64,000 nt of DNA from Octopus vulgaris (Eukaryota), in contig OX597815.1 of assembly GCA_951406725.2 (NCBI GenBank), positions 122,016,001-122,080,000 on the forward strand, in the 5' to 3' direction. The notes under the pieces were generated by a model that was not told where the DNA came from, searched no databases, and worked only from the letters and a program-made list of their open reading frames with translations. This document shows, in pieces, positions 26,895 to 38,802 of the stretch. Both the position numbers and the translations under genes were made by a program. Positions within the stretch are counted from its first letter, which is position 1. Each line of letters starts with the position of its first letter.

Positions 26895-29800
26895 CTGTCT
26901 TTTAATATTTCTTCCATGGTAGGTGATTTGATACGAGCTGCTCTTAATAACTGTTCAATCTGATATGCATCTTGAGGCATGGGTGATTGACTTTTGGATT
27001 TTCTGGAACTTGGTTGTTCAGGACTTCGACTGCCCTCAGTAGTTTTCTTTGAGCGTTCAGTAGATTCTGAGCTCGCAACAACTTGACTAGGTGATTGACT
27101 TTTGGATTTTCTAGAACTTTGTTGTTCAGGACTCTGGCCGCCCTCGGTAGTTGTTTTTGAGTGTTCACTAGATTCTGTACTTGTAGTAATTTGACTTGAT
27201 TCTTTCACTGATTTTTCAGTTGTTGTTATTGTTTCTGATTTTTCAGTTACACTTTGTTCAGCAGTATCTAAATGCTTTGTTCTGTGAGATTCATCAATTT
27301 CTTCTTCTCCATCTGCTTCATATTCTTTTTTAGTAACTACACTGTAATCCTCGCTCTCTCTATGAAGATGTCTGGTCTGACTGTCACTAGGCTCAGAACT
27401 TTCAGATGACTGATGCTCAATATCTTTAACCTCTTGTTTCTTCCTTATACCCGCATCTTCTGAACTCTGTCTTTGGTAAGATGTGTCTTCTGAAATTTGT
27501 CTTTGATCAGAATGTCTTTCCTTTGAAGTCTGTTTATCATATGCAGCATCTTCTGAAATTTGCCGATAAAAAAATTCTTCTGGATCAAATTTTTGTCTTT
27601 GAGAGATATTTACATCATCAGGAAACTGGTAATTTAGTCGATCTGAATCTATAGAAGTTTGTCTTAGGAAGAAAGTTTCATCCTCGGACAACTGTCTTTC
27701 TAAGGAACTTGTTCTATTCGACTCTGTATCAATACCCCGGAAAGATTCACTGGAGATACTTGCCTGTTCAGAGACATAAGATAAGGAATCCTCAGAAAAT
27801 ATTGGTTTCCTTGTCCATACTCCATCACTTTCTGACGGTAAATCTTCTTTTCCAATATTTCCTCCTAGTTTGTAAGATTTCCTACCAGTTTCATAATGTT
27901 CAGAAGTGCTCCATGATTCAAAAGGTCTTTCAGTATAGCATTGGTCTTCCTCTAGTTGATCATCTGTATTTTGTCTCTGAAAAGTTCTTCGTCTGTAGAA
28001 TTTAGATGCAGAAGCATCTTCATTCATTTCCAGATCATCCGTACTGGAAACACCAGACACTTCATCAAAAGATCTTTCATAACCTTTATTATCAAGATCT
28101 GATGACTGAACAGTCCTCCTGGAATACATTAACCTACTCTTAGAGCTAGAAAACTGTGTATCAGCAGCATCGTCAGTTGAAGCAGTCTCTGAATCAAAGC
28201 CAAATTCACAACTATCCTCATGGTGAATAAAAGCAGCCTTTTTACTCGATGAGTCACTAGGTGATTCTCTGAATTCCAATTTTTCCCTCACTTCTGTAGA
28301 TTTGTAATCTGTTTCTTCCTTTTGTACACCCCTATTTGAATCCAATTCTTGTTTTGTATATTCTTGGTTATCAGAAAAATCTTTGCTTATAGGAGGCTGG
28401 GGTGTGTCAGTTATTTTTTTGACTTCATCTTTAGAAACATCTTGGCAAATGTTACTCAATTCGAAATCATTAGTATCGAAAAATACATTCTCCTTTTTAC
28501 TACTCTTTGAAACAACACGTTCTTCATCAGGCTCTTCAACAATGCCTCGATGCACTTCTTCTGATTGATCAAATGGTGACACCATTTCTTCAATAACAGG
28601 TGAGCCAGTGTGAACTGTGCGTTCATCCTTCATCAATTTAGTTTCTTCATATTTAAAAGTTGATTGAGATTCATTGCTAATATTTTCATTTACTGAGAGG
28701 TTTCTTTGGTCAGGTGATACTGGCATTTCGACAGTATATTCTTGTTTCAGTTTCTTATCCACATCCTTGGTGACTTTTCCTAATTCTTCATCAGGTTCTA
28801 CATTGACAATAGTTGCAGTTTGTTCAAATGCATTGTCTTTAGCCAAACCATCAGAAGGTCCAGTTTCTGTTTTTAAATCTTTGGTCAGTTTAGATGTGGA
28901 TGAATCAGTACTAGAAGATTTTTCTTTCATTTCTTCTTCAATAATTTTATGAACAAAAGATTCAGCAAAATCTTCCACATCTTTTCTTGAAATTTCTTCT
29001 TTATGAATATCACTTATTTCTGACATTCTCTGTTTATTTATTTCTTCAACTTCTTGACTTTCAGTAACGCTTTTACTTCCAATATCTGATTGCAAGTCGG
29101 TGATAAGAGGTTTTTCACGCTCTTTATCTGAAGATATATAGTTACTATATTCTCCTGTAGCCTCAGACTGGTGTAGTTCTGTTTTTGTTGATGTATCAAG
29201 TTTCTCTTCATGAACAGCAGCAGCAGCAAGGGAACTAGATACTACACCTGTCTTATTATCAAATGTCAGAGAATCATCACTAGCACTAATTATTTCATGA
29301 TCCTTCTGTTTGCCTTCTATTTTCTGATTTAACTGCTGATATTTCTCATTGAGTGCTTCGTCAGTGTTGATTACTCCATCCTTTACTAATTTCTCTGAAA
29401 TGTCCCACTGGCCATATTCAGTATTTTCCTGTTCACTCTTAGTTGTATACTTTAACTTAGTATCAGGTGTCTGCTCTAGTAAACTGAATTCCCGTTCAGA
29501 ACTATCAATTATTTCTTTTCTTTTCTCCTCACTTAACTCACAAAGTTGTTCAATTTGACTTTTATTTTCCACAAAAATATTTTGGCCAGGAGGAATTGAA
29601 AAGGTTTCATATTCTTCAATTATTACTTCTTTATCATGTGACAAAGTAACTTCACGTTCAGTTCCATTTTCTGTGAATGTTTCTGTGGTAAAACTTTGTT
29701 CTACTGTGGAAGAAGAAGCTCCAGCAACACTCTCCATTTCCCCCTGAGCATCTTGTACAAAATCAAAGCTAAATGTTTGTTGTCTTTCAGGGCTTATTGA

Positions 29801-32718
29801 TAATCCAGTCTTTACTTCTACCAGAACCGACTCTGCACCATTTGGTATTTCTTTTTCAACTGAGTCATCAAATTGTTCCACTTGTACTTCACTGGAGAGG
29901 ACTTCACTTGCAGTACCTTCCATTTCTGAACTTTCATATTTTCCCTTAACAGTTTTCGTAGTAGTTGTGGTTATTACTTCAGTTGTTTGACTAGACCCTT
30001 CAGATCCTTTCTCAGTTATTGTAGATGTTACTTCAGTAGTTTTAGTAGACCCATCAGCTCCTTTCTCAGTATACACTTCTGTTTTTTGATAAGATACTTC
30101 TTCATGAACACCTCCTTCTTTAGCTTCATCTTCAGTGAGAAGTCCACCATGTTGCTGATGTACTTCGGTGTGAACATCGACTACTTTGACATCTTTTGTA
30201 TCAGGTACTTCAATATGAGTACCTTCACCACTGATTATGTCCACCTTTTCTGTTTTCACCTCAGTTTCTACACCATAAGATTCTGTGACTGTTTCAGTTT
30301 TTTCCCTGACACCTTCTACTGTTACTTCACTCTGTAACTGGCCAAACTTATCACTATCAAATTCCACAGTGATTTCTTGGTCTTCTGTTGTCATATGAAC
30401 TTTACCATCCTGTCCTTCTGTTACATCAGAAACAATATTTACGTTTTCATCTGATACTGCAATGCTAAAACATTGTTCCTGGTCTTGTTTATCTACAACA
30501 ACCGTCCTTTCTTCAGTTACACCAACATCTCCTTTTTCTCCAACTTGTACATTCTCCTCAGATACTGTAAAGGAAAAATCTACTTCTTTTCCTGTTTCTT
30601 CAGTGTCAATATTGGATCTTTTCTCAATTACATTTGTAATGGTCTCTGATATAACAGTAATAGTTTCTGGTTCCTTGTTAGCTACATCTGCAACTATATC
30701 AGATTCTAACTCAGTTACATCAGCAGAAACACTAGTAGTCTCTTCAGTTATATCAGTGGAAATCTCAGATTTTCTTTCAGTTACCTCAGTGGTAACCTCA
30801 AACACCTCAGTTATCTCAGTGGAAACATCAGTAATCTTCTCAGATGAATTGGTCGTGATGACCTCTGATACTGTTTCATGCATATCACTTGGAGTATCAT
30901 GTACCTTCTCTGCTACATCTGTAGAGACTTCTGATATTTCCTCACTCACTTCAAAATGAACATCAGTTATTGTTTCAGCTATGTCGGTGGGAGCATCGGC
31001 TGTCTTCTCTGCTACATCTGTAGAGACCTCTGATATTTCCTCCCTTACTTCAACATGAACATCAGTTATAGTTTCAGCTATGTTGGTGGGAGCATCAGCT
31101 GTCTTCTCTGCTACATCCGTAGAGACCTCAGGAGCTTTTTCTGGTACTTCAGCAGGAACATCAGTTACTTTCTCAGGTAGCTCTGTGGGAATATCAGCTA
31201 CTGTTTCAGGTATTTCAAAAGAAATATCAACTGCTTTCTCAGGTTCTTCAACAGTAATTTCAGCTGCTTTCTCAGTGGGGACATCAGCAACTTTTTCAGG
31301 TTCTTCTGTGGGAACATCAGCGACTTTCTCAAACACCTCAACAGGAATGTCAGATGCTTTCTCAGGTACCTCTACAGGAATTTCAGCAACTGCTTCAGGT
31401 ATTTCAAAAGAAATATCAACTATTTTCTCAGGTTCTTCAGTGGGAACATCAGCTACTTTCTCAGGGATCTCTGTGGGAATATCAACAACTTTTTCAGGTA
31501 CTTCAACAGAAATATCAACTATTTTTTCAGGTACTTCAACAGGTATATCAGCTACTTTCTCAGGTACTTCTGTGGGTATATCAGCTACTTTTTCAGGTAC
31601 TTCAACAGAAATATCAACTATTTTTTCAGGTACTTCAACAGGTATATCAGCTACTTTCTCAGGTACTTCTATGGGTATATCAGCTACTTTTTCAGGTACT
31701 TCAACAGAAATATCAACTATTTTTTCAGGTACATCTGCAGGAACATCAACTACTTTCTCAGGTACTTCAACTGGTATATCAGCTGCTTTCTCAGGGACTT
31801 CAGTGGGAACATCAGTTACCTTCTCAGGTGTCTCTGTTACTTTCTTAGTGGGAACTTCTGTGTCTACAAAAACATCCGAACTCTCCGTTTCATATGATAG
31901 CTTGTATTTTTGATGACTTGAATCATAAGAGACATCCTGAAATTCTAGTTTCTTATCTTCCTCCATACCAATACTATCTGTTTTATATTCTTTTGAGCTA
32001 CTAATATATTCTGTCCTGTCAGTTGTAGTTTCTTTAGAACCAGCAGAATCAGCAAAAAGGGATTTTGTCAAAGCACTATACTTCTCTTCCACAGATTCAA
32101 TAGACTTATCAGAAATCCTCTTTGTCTCCTTCACTTGTAACTTTTGCTCTAAAGTTTCTCTCGTAGTTCTTGAAGTACTGTCCAGCTCATCATATGGTCT
32201 TGGTGATGTAGGATCAGTAGTTTCCTTGGAATATTTTTCCTCTCGCTTTTCATGGTGTCTGCCTCTCATTGACCAGGGTTTAGTTTCATCATCTGTGTCT
32301 ATTGAATAGTCACTATCACTAGTTCTTCTTCTTAGGTTTCGTCTAAAATTATCATCATACCTGGCGTCGTAATCGGAGCCAAGGTCAAATGACTCTGACC
32401 GTCTATATTGGTCATGTGACTCTGACCTTTGGGATAGATCATATGACTCTGACCTTCGGAATCGGTCATATCTGCTGTAGCGTTCTTTGGAACCACCGCC
32501 ATAGCTAGGGTACCTGTTGTAAGGACTCTCCGAATATCTGCTATATCTGGAGTGTCTGTCCGATTCCTGACTTGATGATCTGTACCTTCTTTCCCTTTCA
32601 GGGGATCTTTGGGGACTATGTCTTTCAGGGCGACTGTAACTTTCACCATAGAGACGTATCTCCCACCTCTTGAAGAGATCTTCACCATAACTGGAGTCAA
32701 ACAGACTCTCTCTGTTTC
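26895..32718 (-). CDS. Giant 5824-bp internal exon: acidic Glu/Ser/Thr/Val/Lys-rich, PEVK-like disordered region
   Basis: Uninterrupted frame of ~1940 codons inside ORF 26891-33106. Polypyrimidine acceptor ttttatttccag|GA at 32718 and donor AG|gtaagt at 26895 (phase 1 to 2). Contains protein-level tandem repeats and lies between two Ig exons on the same strand. Family assignment is inference. Confidence 0.9.
26982..27197 (-). repeat. Coding 108-bp (36-aa) tandem duplication
   Basis: SQITTSTESSEHSKTTTEGGQSPEQQSSRKSKSQSP followed by SQVVASSESTERSKKTTEGSRSPEQPSSRKSKSQSP; ggtgattgacttttgg occurs at 26982 and 27090. Confidence 0.9.
30660..31860 (-). repeat. Coding tandem repeat: 33-bp/11-aa unit (EVPEKVADIPV) with 99-bp higher-order period
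   Basis: Identical DNA anchors at 31501/31600/31699 and at 30905/31004/31103; KIVDIS recurs every third unit. Confidence 0.92.
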
Positions 32719-32755
32719 CTGGAAATAAAAATGAATTATGATTGTCAAATATGCT

Positions 32756-32778
32756 GAGTAGTAGTAGTAGTAGTAGTG

Positions 32779-32830
<52 letters not shown>

Positions 32831-32831
32831 A
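32756..32831. repeat. (TAG)n/(CTA)n microsatellite just upstream of the giant exon acceptor
   Basis: Directly visible; gives poly-Leu in the ORF frame. Confidence 0.95.
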
Positions 32832-33120
32832 GTGCATGCAATTTTGATTTCTATTCTTAACTGTTGGCTCTTGAAATCCTTAAAAACAGACAAATATTTT
32901 GGCAATAAATATCTCAAAGAATAATTAACAATCCCAATTAGCAATCTCTTTGTATCATTTGACTGTAATAAAAACTTCAAAATTAAATAAATCACGAATG
33001 CCATCAATAGTTGTAAATTATATACACTCAACAGTGTTTCCATAGAGATACTAAAGCTATCTGAACAATAACTTGGCAGGCTAGTGGGTTTTGGCAAAAT
33101 TTGCATAATAAGAATAATAA

Positions 33121-33342
33121 TTTATTGTGTCTGGGGAGAGTCATTCTGTTTTAATGCCTTATTAATTAACACACTCACTGGTTCGATTTCCTCTCATTTA
33201 CTTATTTATTTTTTCCAGAAAGAATAAATAAGTAAATGAGTGGAAATCAAAAAAATAAAAAGTAAATGAGTGGAAATTGAACCGTTGAGTGTGTTAATTA
33301 ATAAGGTATTAAAACAGAATGATTCTCCCCAAACACAATAAA
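33121..33342. repeat. ~90-bp-arm inverted repeat (MITE-like hairpin)
   Basis: tttattgtgtctggggagagtcattctgttttaatgccttattaattaacacactca pairs with tgagtgtgttaattaataaggtattaaaacagaatgattctccccaaacacaataaa. Confidence 0.9.
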
Positions 33343-33344
33343 AT

Positions 33345-34200
33345 ATGCTTTGGAACTGCAAGAATTCTGTGCAAGGTTCTTGAAGCATGACCAGTTAAAA
33401 AGTGTCACCTTAGTCTGCTGGCTGTGGACAGCTGATACTTTCCATCATACTCAGCAAAATAAGTTGTGAGTTTTCATTAAAAAAAATGATAATAATAATA
33501 ATGGCTTCTGATTTAGGGGCATGGCCAGCAATATTGAGGGGAAGGGCTTAATCAGTAGCACCAACCCTAGTACTTGGCTGGTACTTCATTTTATTGACCT
33601 TAGAAGGATGAAAGGGAAAATAGAAAAATAATGACAATAATAACAACAACAATAATAATCCTTTCTACTACAGGCACACAAGGCCTAAAATTTGAAGGGA
33701 GGGGACTAGTTGATTACATTAACCCACCATTTGATCCCGAAAGAATGAAAGGCAAAGTTGACCTCAGCAGAATTTGAACTCAGAACATTGCAACTGACAA
33801 AATACGGCTAAACATTTTGCCTGCCATGCTAACGACTCTGCCAGCTCCTTTCTATAGGCACAAGGCCTGAAACTGGGGGAGGGGAACAGTCAACTACATC
33901 GACCCCAATACTCGACTGATGCTTTTTTTTCTTTGATCTTGAAAGGATGAGAGGACAATAATAATAATAGTAATAATAATCTGTTTCAAATTCTTTTGCA
34001 CAAAGCCATCTATTTTAGGGTGACAGGGTTAGTCAAGTACATCAGTTTCAGTACCTGACTGGCACTTTATCAACCCCAAAAGGATGAAAGGCAAAGTTCC
34101 TCTCCAGGATTTGAACTTAGAACATAAAAAAAACAACATCTGGAATAAGTACAAGGCATAATTTTTTCAGTGTCATAATGATTCTGATAATTTGCCATAA
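33345..34200. mobile_element. Cluster: R4/Dong-like 3' end (+) followed by about four family-B SINE pieces (-) separated by (AAT)n
   Basis: 33345-33480 matches 52465-52600; repeated aaggatgaaagg(c/g)aaa blocks. Confidence 0.7.
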
Positions 34201-35369
34201 TAATAACATTAACATAAATGCAGACATGTCTGAAGGTGCAGGTATATAGCCGAATAGTTTAAAAGTTTGCTTTGCAACCATGTGGCTTTGGGATCAGTAG
34301 CCTAGAGCTATAGTAGAAGACACAAAGCCTTGTGAATAGATTTGGTAGACAGAAACTGATAGAAGCCTGTTGTATAAGTATCCATGTGTCTGTGTATGTG
34401 AGTGTATGTGTATGTGCATGTGTGTGTGTGTGTGTCCGTGTGTGCATATGTCTGTGGGCTTCTTGCAGTTTCCACCTACCAGTCTCACACTCAAAGCATT
34501 GGTCAGCCAGAGACCATGCATTAGGGAATGTACCTTAAACCACAAGGTCAAGGAAAGGTTAAGGAGACAACCCTAAAACTTCAGTTAATTAATTACAGTT
34601 GATTAAATATGGAATGTGGTGGTGGAGAGAGAGTCTTATCTTTATCAGTATAGTCATGCTTCTGTCTTCTTAATCTTTACTTAAGTGCTATGCCAGTTAA
34701 AAAAACTAATATCTAAATAAACTTCATCATTAGACAGTAGTTAAAATCTAACGTTCTCCTTTCTACAATAAATTAAATTAGGAAATTTTAATTATTATAA
34801 TTGTTGGCATACATTTTCAGCATAACTGTAAGTATATCACTAATGTTACTCTTCTGTAGGCAGGAAATTGGTAATGTCATTAGAGCAGACAGAATGCATT
34901 GTGGTATTTGGCACCTTACATTATCATTTCAAATTCTGCTAATGTGAACTTTGCTTCTCATTTTTCCAAGTTTGATAAATAAGGAACTGACACCCCCCCA
35001 CACACACAAAACAGACTGATGGAAACATTTGAACATTGGATAGGTTGTTTTGTAGTATTATTAATCCATCACACAGTTTAACACTACCATTTAACACGAT
35101 GGTTGCTTTTAGTGGAGCCCATTTTGATGCAAGCATTTCAGTCAGGTTTCTGGTTTGAAGAAACCTTCCTCCTCCTCATCCACCATTTTGGAGGCCTTGC
35201 AAAGGGTCATGAGCAAAACCCTTCTTTCCTATTATGATAGATTCTTCTCACCACAAAGGGTATAATTTTGATTAATTAAAATTTCCTAGTTGATAATATT
35301 GAGCTTTCTAGTACCCATTTTATCACAGTAGATAATCTTTAGTGCCCTAAATGGGACATAAAACTGTCC

Positions 35370-35578
35370 TTAACTCTTCAACATTCGGATTATTCTGTCA
35401 AATGTAATACTTATTTATGAACATTGTTTGGAATTAATTACACATTATCTCACTGGTTTGAAATTTCAATGATGTGATTGCTTTTAGAATGACATTGAAG
35501 GGTAGGTGTGAGAGGCTGAATCTGGTTAGTTTGAATAGCTTGGGCTGGGTATGGCCAATCTAAATGCTAAAAGGTTAA
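35370..35578. mobile_element. TTAA-bounded MITE (piggyBac-like ends)
   Basis: ttaactcttcaacatt ... aatgctaaaaggttaa form imperfect TIRs with TTAA at both ends. Confidence 0.55.
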
Positions 35579-35861
35579 ACTATAATAAAAAAAATATATT
35601 TCCTTGCTAGTTCAAATCTTAGAGATATATATTATCCACTTAATTCTCTTCAGCATCAACTTTCAGTTCATGCAATCATACAATCTTCTATTTTACACAA
35701 ATAAATAAAATAAAATAAAATAAAATAAAATTGATGTCTTAATTTTCCAGTCATCCCTCTAGTAGTAATGACAGTTTAATGTTGCAAATATGGCTATGTA
35801 TTAATGTAGTTAATAAACATTTTTATGAGTATGATGATTATGTCACTACGCTATATACCAC

Positions 35862-36153
35862 GGGCATATGCAGTAGTGGTTAAGTGCGCAGGCTACTAAC
35901 CCCAAGATTCCCATTCGATTTCAAGCAGTGACCTGAACACTAATAATAATAATAATAATAATAACAACAACATCGAAAAATACCTTAGGAATGAGAAACC
36001 AGGTTTGAAATTTCCCCAAGACCTCTGAAGAAGGCTGGACGGTGTATCAGCCGAAACGTTGTGTTAACAACAAACAAAATGAGGAGAAATATCTGTCGAA
36101 TGTAAATAATGTAAATAATGTACATAATTCCTCATCCCTTAAATATAGAACTG
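35862..36153 (+). mobile_element. Solo ~290-bp unit: tRNA-like head, (AAT)n, hammerhead motif (Penelope terminal repeat or SINE-like)
   Basis: Head gggcatatgcagtagtggttaag...ggctactaacccc...ttcgatttc matches 48270-48333; body matches the reverse complement of 46223-46400. Confidence 0.8.
36020..36065 (+). ncRNA. Minimal hammerhead ribozyme motif
   Basis: gacct-CTGAAGA-a-ggctg(gacggtgtat)cagcc-GAAA-cg-TT-gtgtt: intact core and stem II, ACGT palindromic stem III, imperfect stem I. Confidence 0.7.
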
Positions 36154-36879
36154 TGATGATTATGGTTCTGTAAATATCTCTTCTATGTCAACCATATGCT
36201 TTAGCTTCTAGAACATATTTCCATCAGGAGTTAAGCTGCAAACATATTATATTTCCTAAGCACAAAAATAATTTGTGTAGTTGTTTATAATATTACACAA
36301 TCAAATTTTGCTATATTTATCAATGAAAACACAGGTGGCTTAATACTAGGCAGATTGCAAAAATAACAATCTGTTCCACATCAAAAGATTTAAATATACA
36401 CTAGAAAAAATGTTAATGAAAGTTATTAGAATTAACTTTAATTAACACTATTCTAGTCATAACTTAAACAGTCATTTAATTGTGTTTCAAAAATGGGTGA
36501 AGACATGGTTGTGTGGTTAAAATCTTCACTTTAAACTATGCAATTTCAGGTTCAAGCTCATAGTCTGGAATCTTGAGCAAATATCATCCATCATAGATAT
36601 GATTGACCAAAGCTTTGAAAGGGAAATTTGGTAGATGTAAAATATGCAGAACCCAATCAGAAGAACTATTTCTTTTGGGGTTGGGTGAGACTATATACTG
36701 ATCTGTCACCTGGTTTAACCACAACACATATCCCATGGTGTGCCTTTAGGGGAATCTACTGTATTGCAAGTGCATTGGTTCTGAAGTTAACTTCCTCCTT
36801 TCCTCCTATTAGTCACAGAGTTAGTGTGTTATGGACATTGCTTTTCCACTTCTAACAATTGTTTCTTTTATCTTTTTTG

Positions 36880-37119
36880 TTTAACCTATTTCAGTCATTG
36901 CATTGTGGTGATGCTGGAGCACTGCCTTGACAGGTTTAGTCAAACAAACCAACCCCAGTATTTCTTTCTGTCTTTTATTTAAAAAAAAAAAACCTGGTAC
37001 TTTTTCTAAGAGTCTCTTTTGCCAAGCCACTAAGTAACAGGGATGTAAACACACCAAGCCCAGTTATCAAGCAGTGGTGGGGAACAAACACAAAGACACA
37101 CACACACACATAGATACAC

Positions 37120-37177
<58 letters not shown>

Positions 37178-37352
37178 GCACACACACACACATATATATG
37201 TGACAGGCATATTTCAGTTTCCATTTATTTTATCCACTCTCAAGGCTTTGGTTGATTCAGTGCAAAAGTTGAAGACACTTGCCCTAGTGGGACTGATCCC
37301 AGAACCATGTGGTTGGGAAGCAAACTTCTTACCAAAAAGCCACATCTCTGCC
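36880..37352 (-). mobile_element. tRNA-derived SINE (family A), decayed
   Basis: Matches the reverse complement of 40013-40420, with an internal (CA)n. Confidence 0.75.
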
Positions 37353-38499
37353 TAGCCACTACCACATGATTTTAAAATTAGCTCTCTCCCACTGAACCCC
37401 ATCCCTATTCCTACCTCTGTATCTTTATGCCACCTTTACCCCACTCTGCCCTCACTCAACCCTTACCCCATCATGCACTCATTCCAGCCCCAACTCCACT
37501 CTATAGGCAAATATCTCCCATACAGTCATCATCATCATCATCATCATCATTTAACATTCGCTTTCCATGCTAGCATGGGTTGGACGGTTTGACTGAGGAC
37601 TGGCAAGCCAGGAAGCTACACTGATCAATTCTTATTTTTGCTTTTGCATCCAAGGGTCATAACTCCAGTGAGCTAAATTACTTTACACTCTTGGTTTTGA
37701 CATGGTTGATTTCATTCCAGTTTATTTACAACACCTATATGATCCACAGACTAGATGTGACACATTCAGACCTCCAGTGGCAGAGAACTCACACCATACT
37801 ATTCCTTTTAGCCTTTTCTGACGATTGCTGGTGTTATTTCAACTCCTGGTATGAAACTGATTGATAAAACAGCTGATAGGAGAATTTAATATTGTATTTT
37901 ATTGATAATGATATACCCACTGTATTAACCAATATATGAATGCCTATTTTTTCTGATCAATGAATTTTTAGACCACTATATACCTACACTCACACATACA
38001 CATTATGTATATGTATACATGTAAACTCATTCATCCATTGTTATTTGTCTCTATTTCACTTCTCATTTCAAAGCAGATAGTTGCTTATGTCTCTTAACAT
38101 ATTTTTCATCACATTGACCAGCAGCCTTTTCAATGAGTGTCTATTTTTTTCTTTTAAATGCTTGTTTTTTTTTAAATATTTAACTAATGTTACTGTTTAT
38201 ATATCTCTATAGCCCATCGCTTTGACATCTGACTTGTGAAACACCTTGCACCTGTTCAGGTAATATTGATTTGATAGAAGGAATGAGCTTACGTACAGCA
38301 CAAACATTTGCTCACTATAAACAATTCACCTATGTAGGTTGCTTGGCAAGAAGTTACAGAATTGTCTTTCTCAGACTCGAGTGACTGCCAATATACCGTT
38401 ATTATCTCTATAGTAAGCATGTAAACTAATGACAGTTGGGTTTATTTGTTTACTTTGTTTTTTTTTTCTTGTTACTAACATCAAAACATGTGTGTGTAA

Positions 38500-38802
38500 G
38501 TGTGTATGCATGTGTTTGTTAGTTGACTTTAATTGTTCTTGGACTTATCCATATTCTTGTACTATTTACGGTGGTGTGTTGTCTTAAGGGACAGCATTGT
38601 TACACCACTCATTCTTCATATCAAGTATGTGAGTGTGTCAGCTTCTCATGTTTGTATAGGAGATAGACTCCCACCTCCACTCACATATTTAACGTAAAGA
38701 ATGAGTGTTGTGTGCCTAATGGTAACCCTCCACCACAATAATACAGGAAAATGATAAAATAAGTTTTAAAATAACTGAAGTCAACCAATACATAGGCATG
38801 CA
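38500..38802. repeat. Degenerate inverted repeat
   Basis: cactcattcttcatatcaagtatgtgagtg pairs with cactcacatatttaacgtaaagaatgagtg; gttgactttaattgtt pairs with aataactgaagtcaac. Confidence 0.65.

Noticed and set aside
27709-31913. Plus-strand ORFs, including 31080-31913 (277 aa)
   Set aside because: Antisense shadows of the repetitive giant exon.
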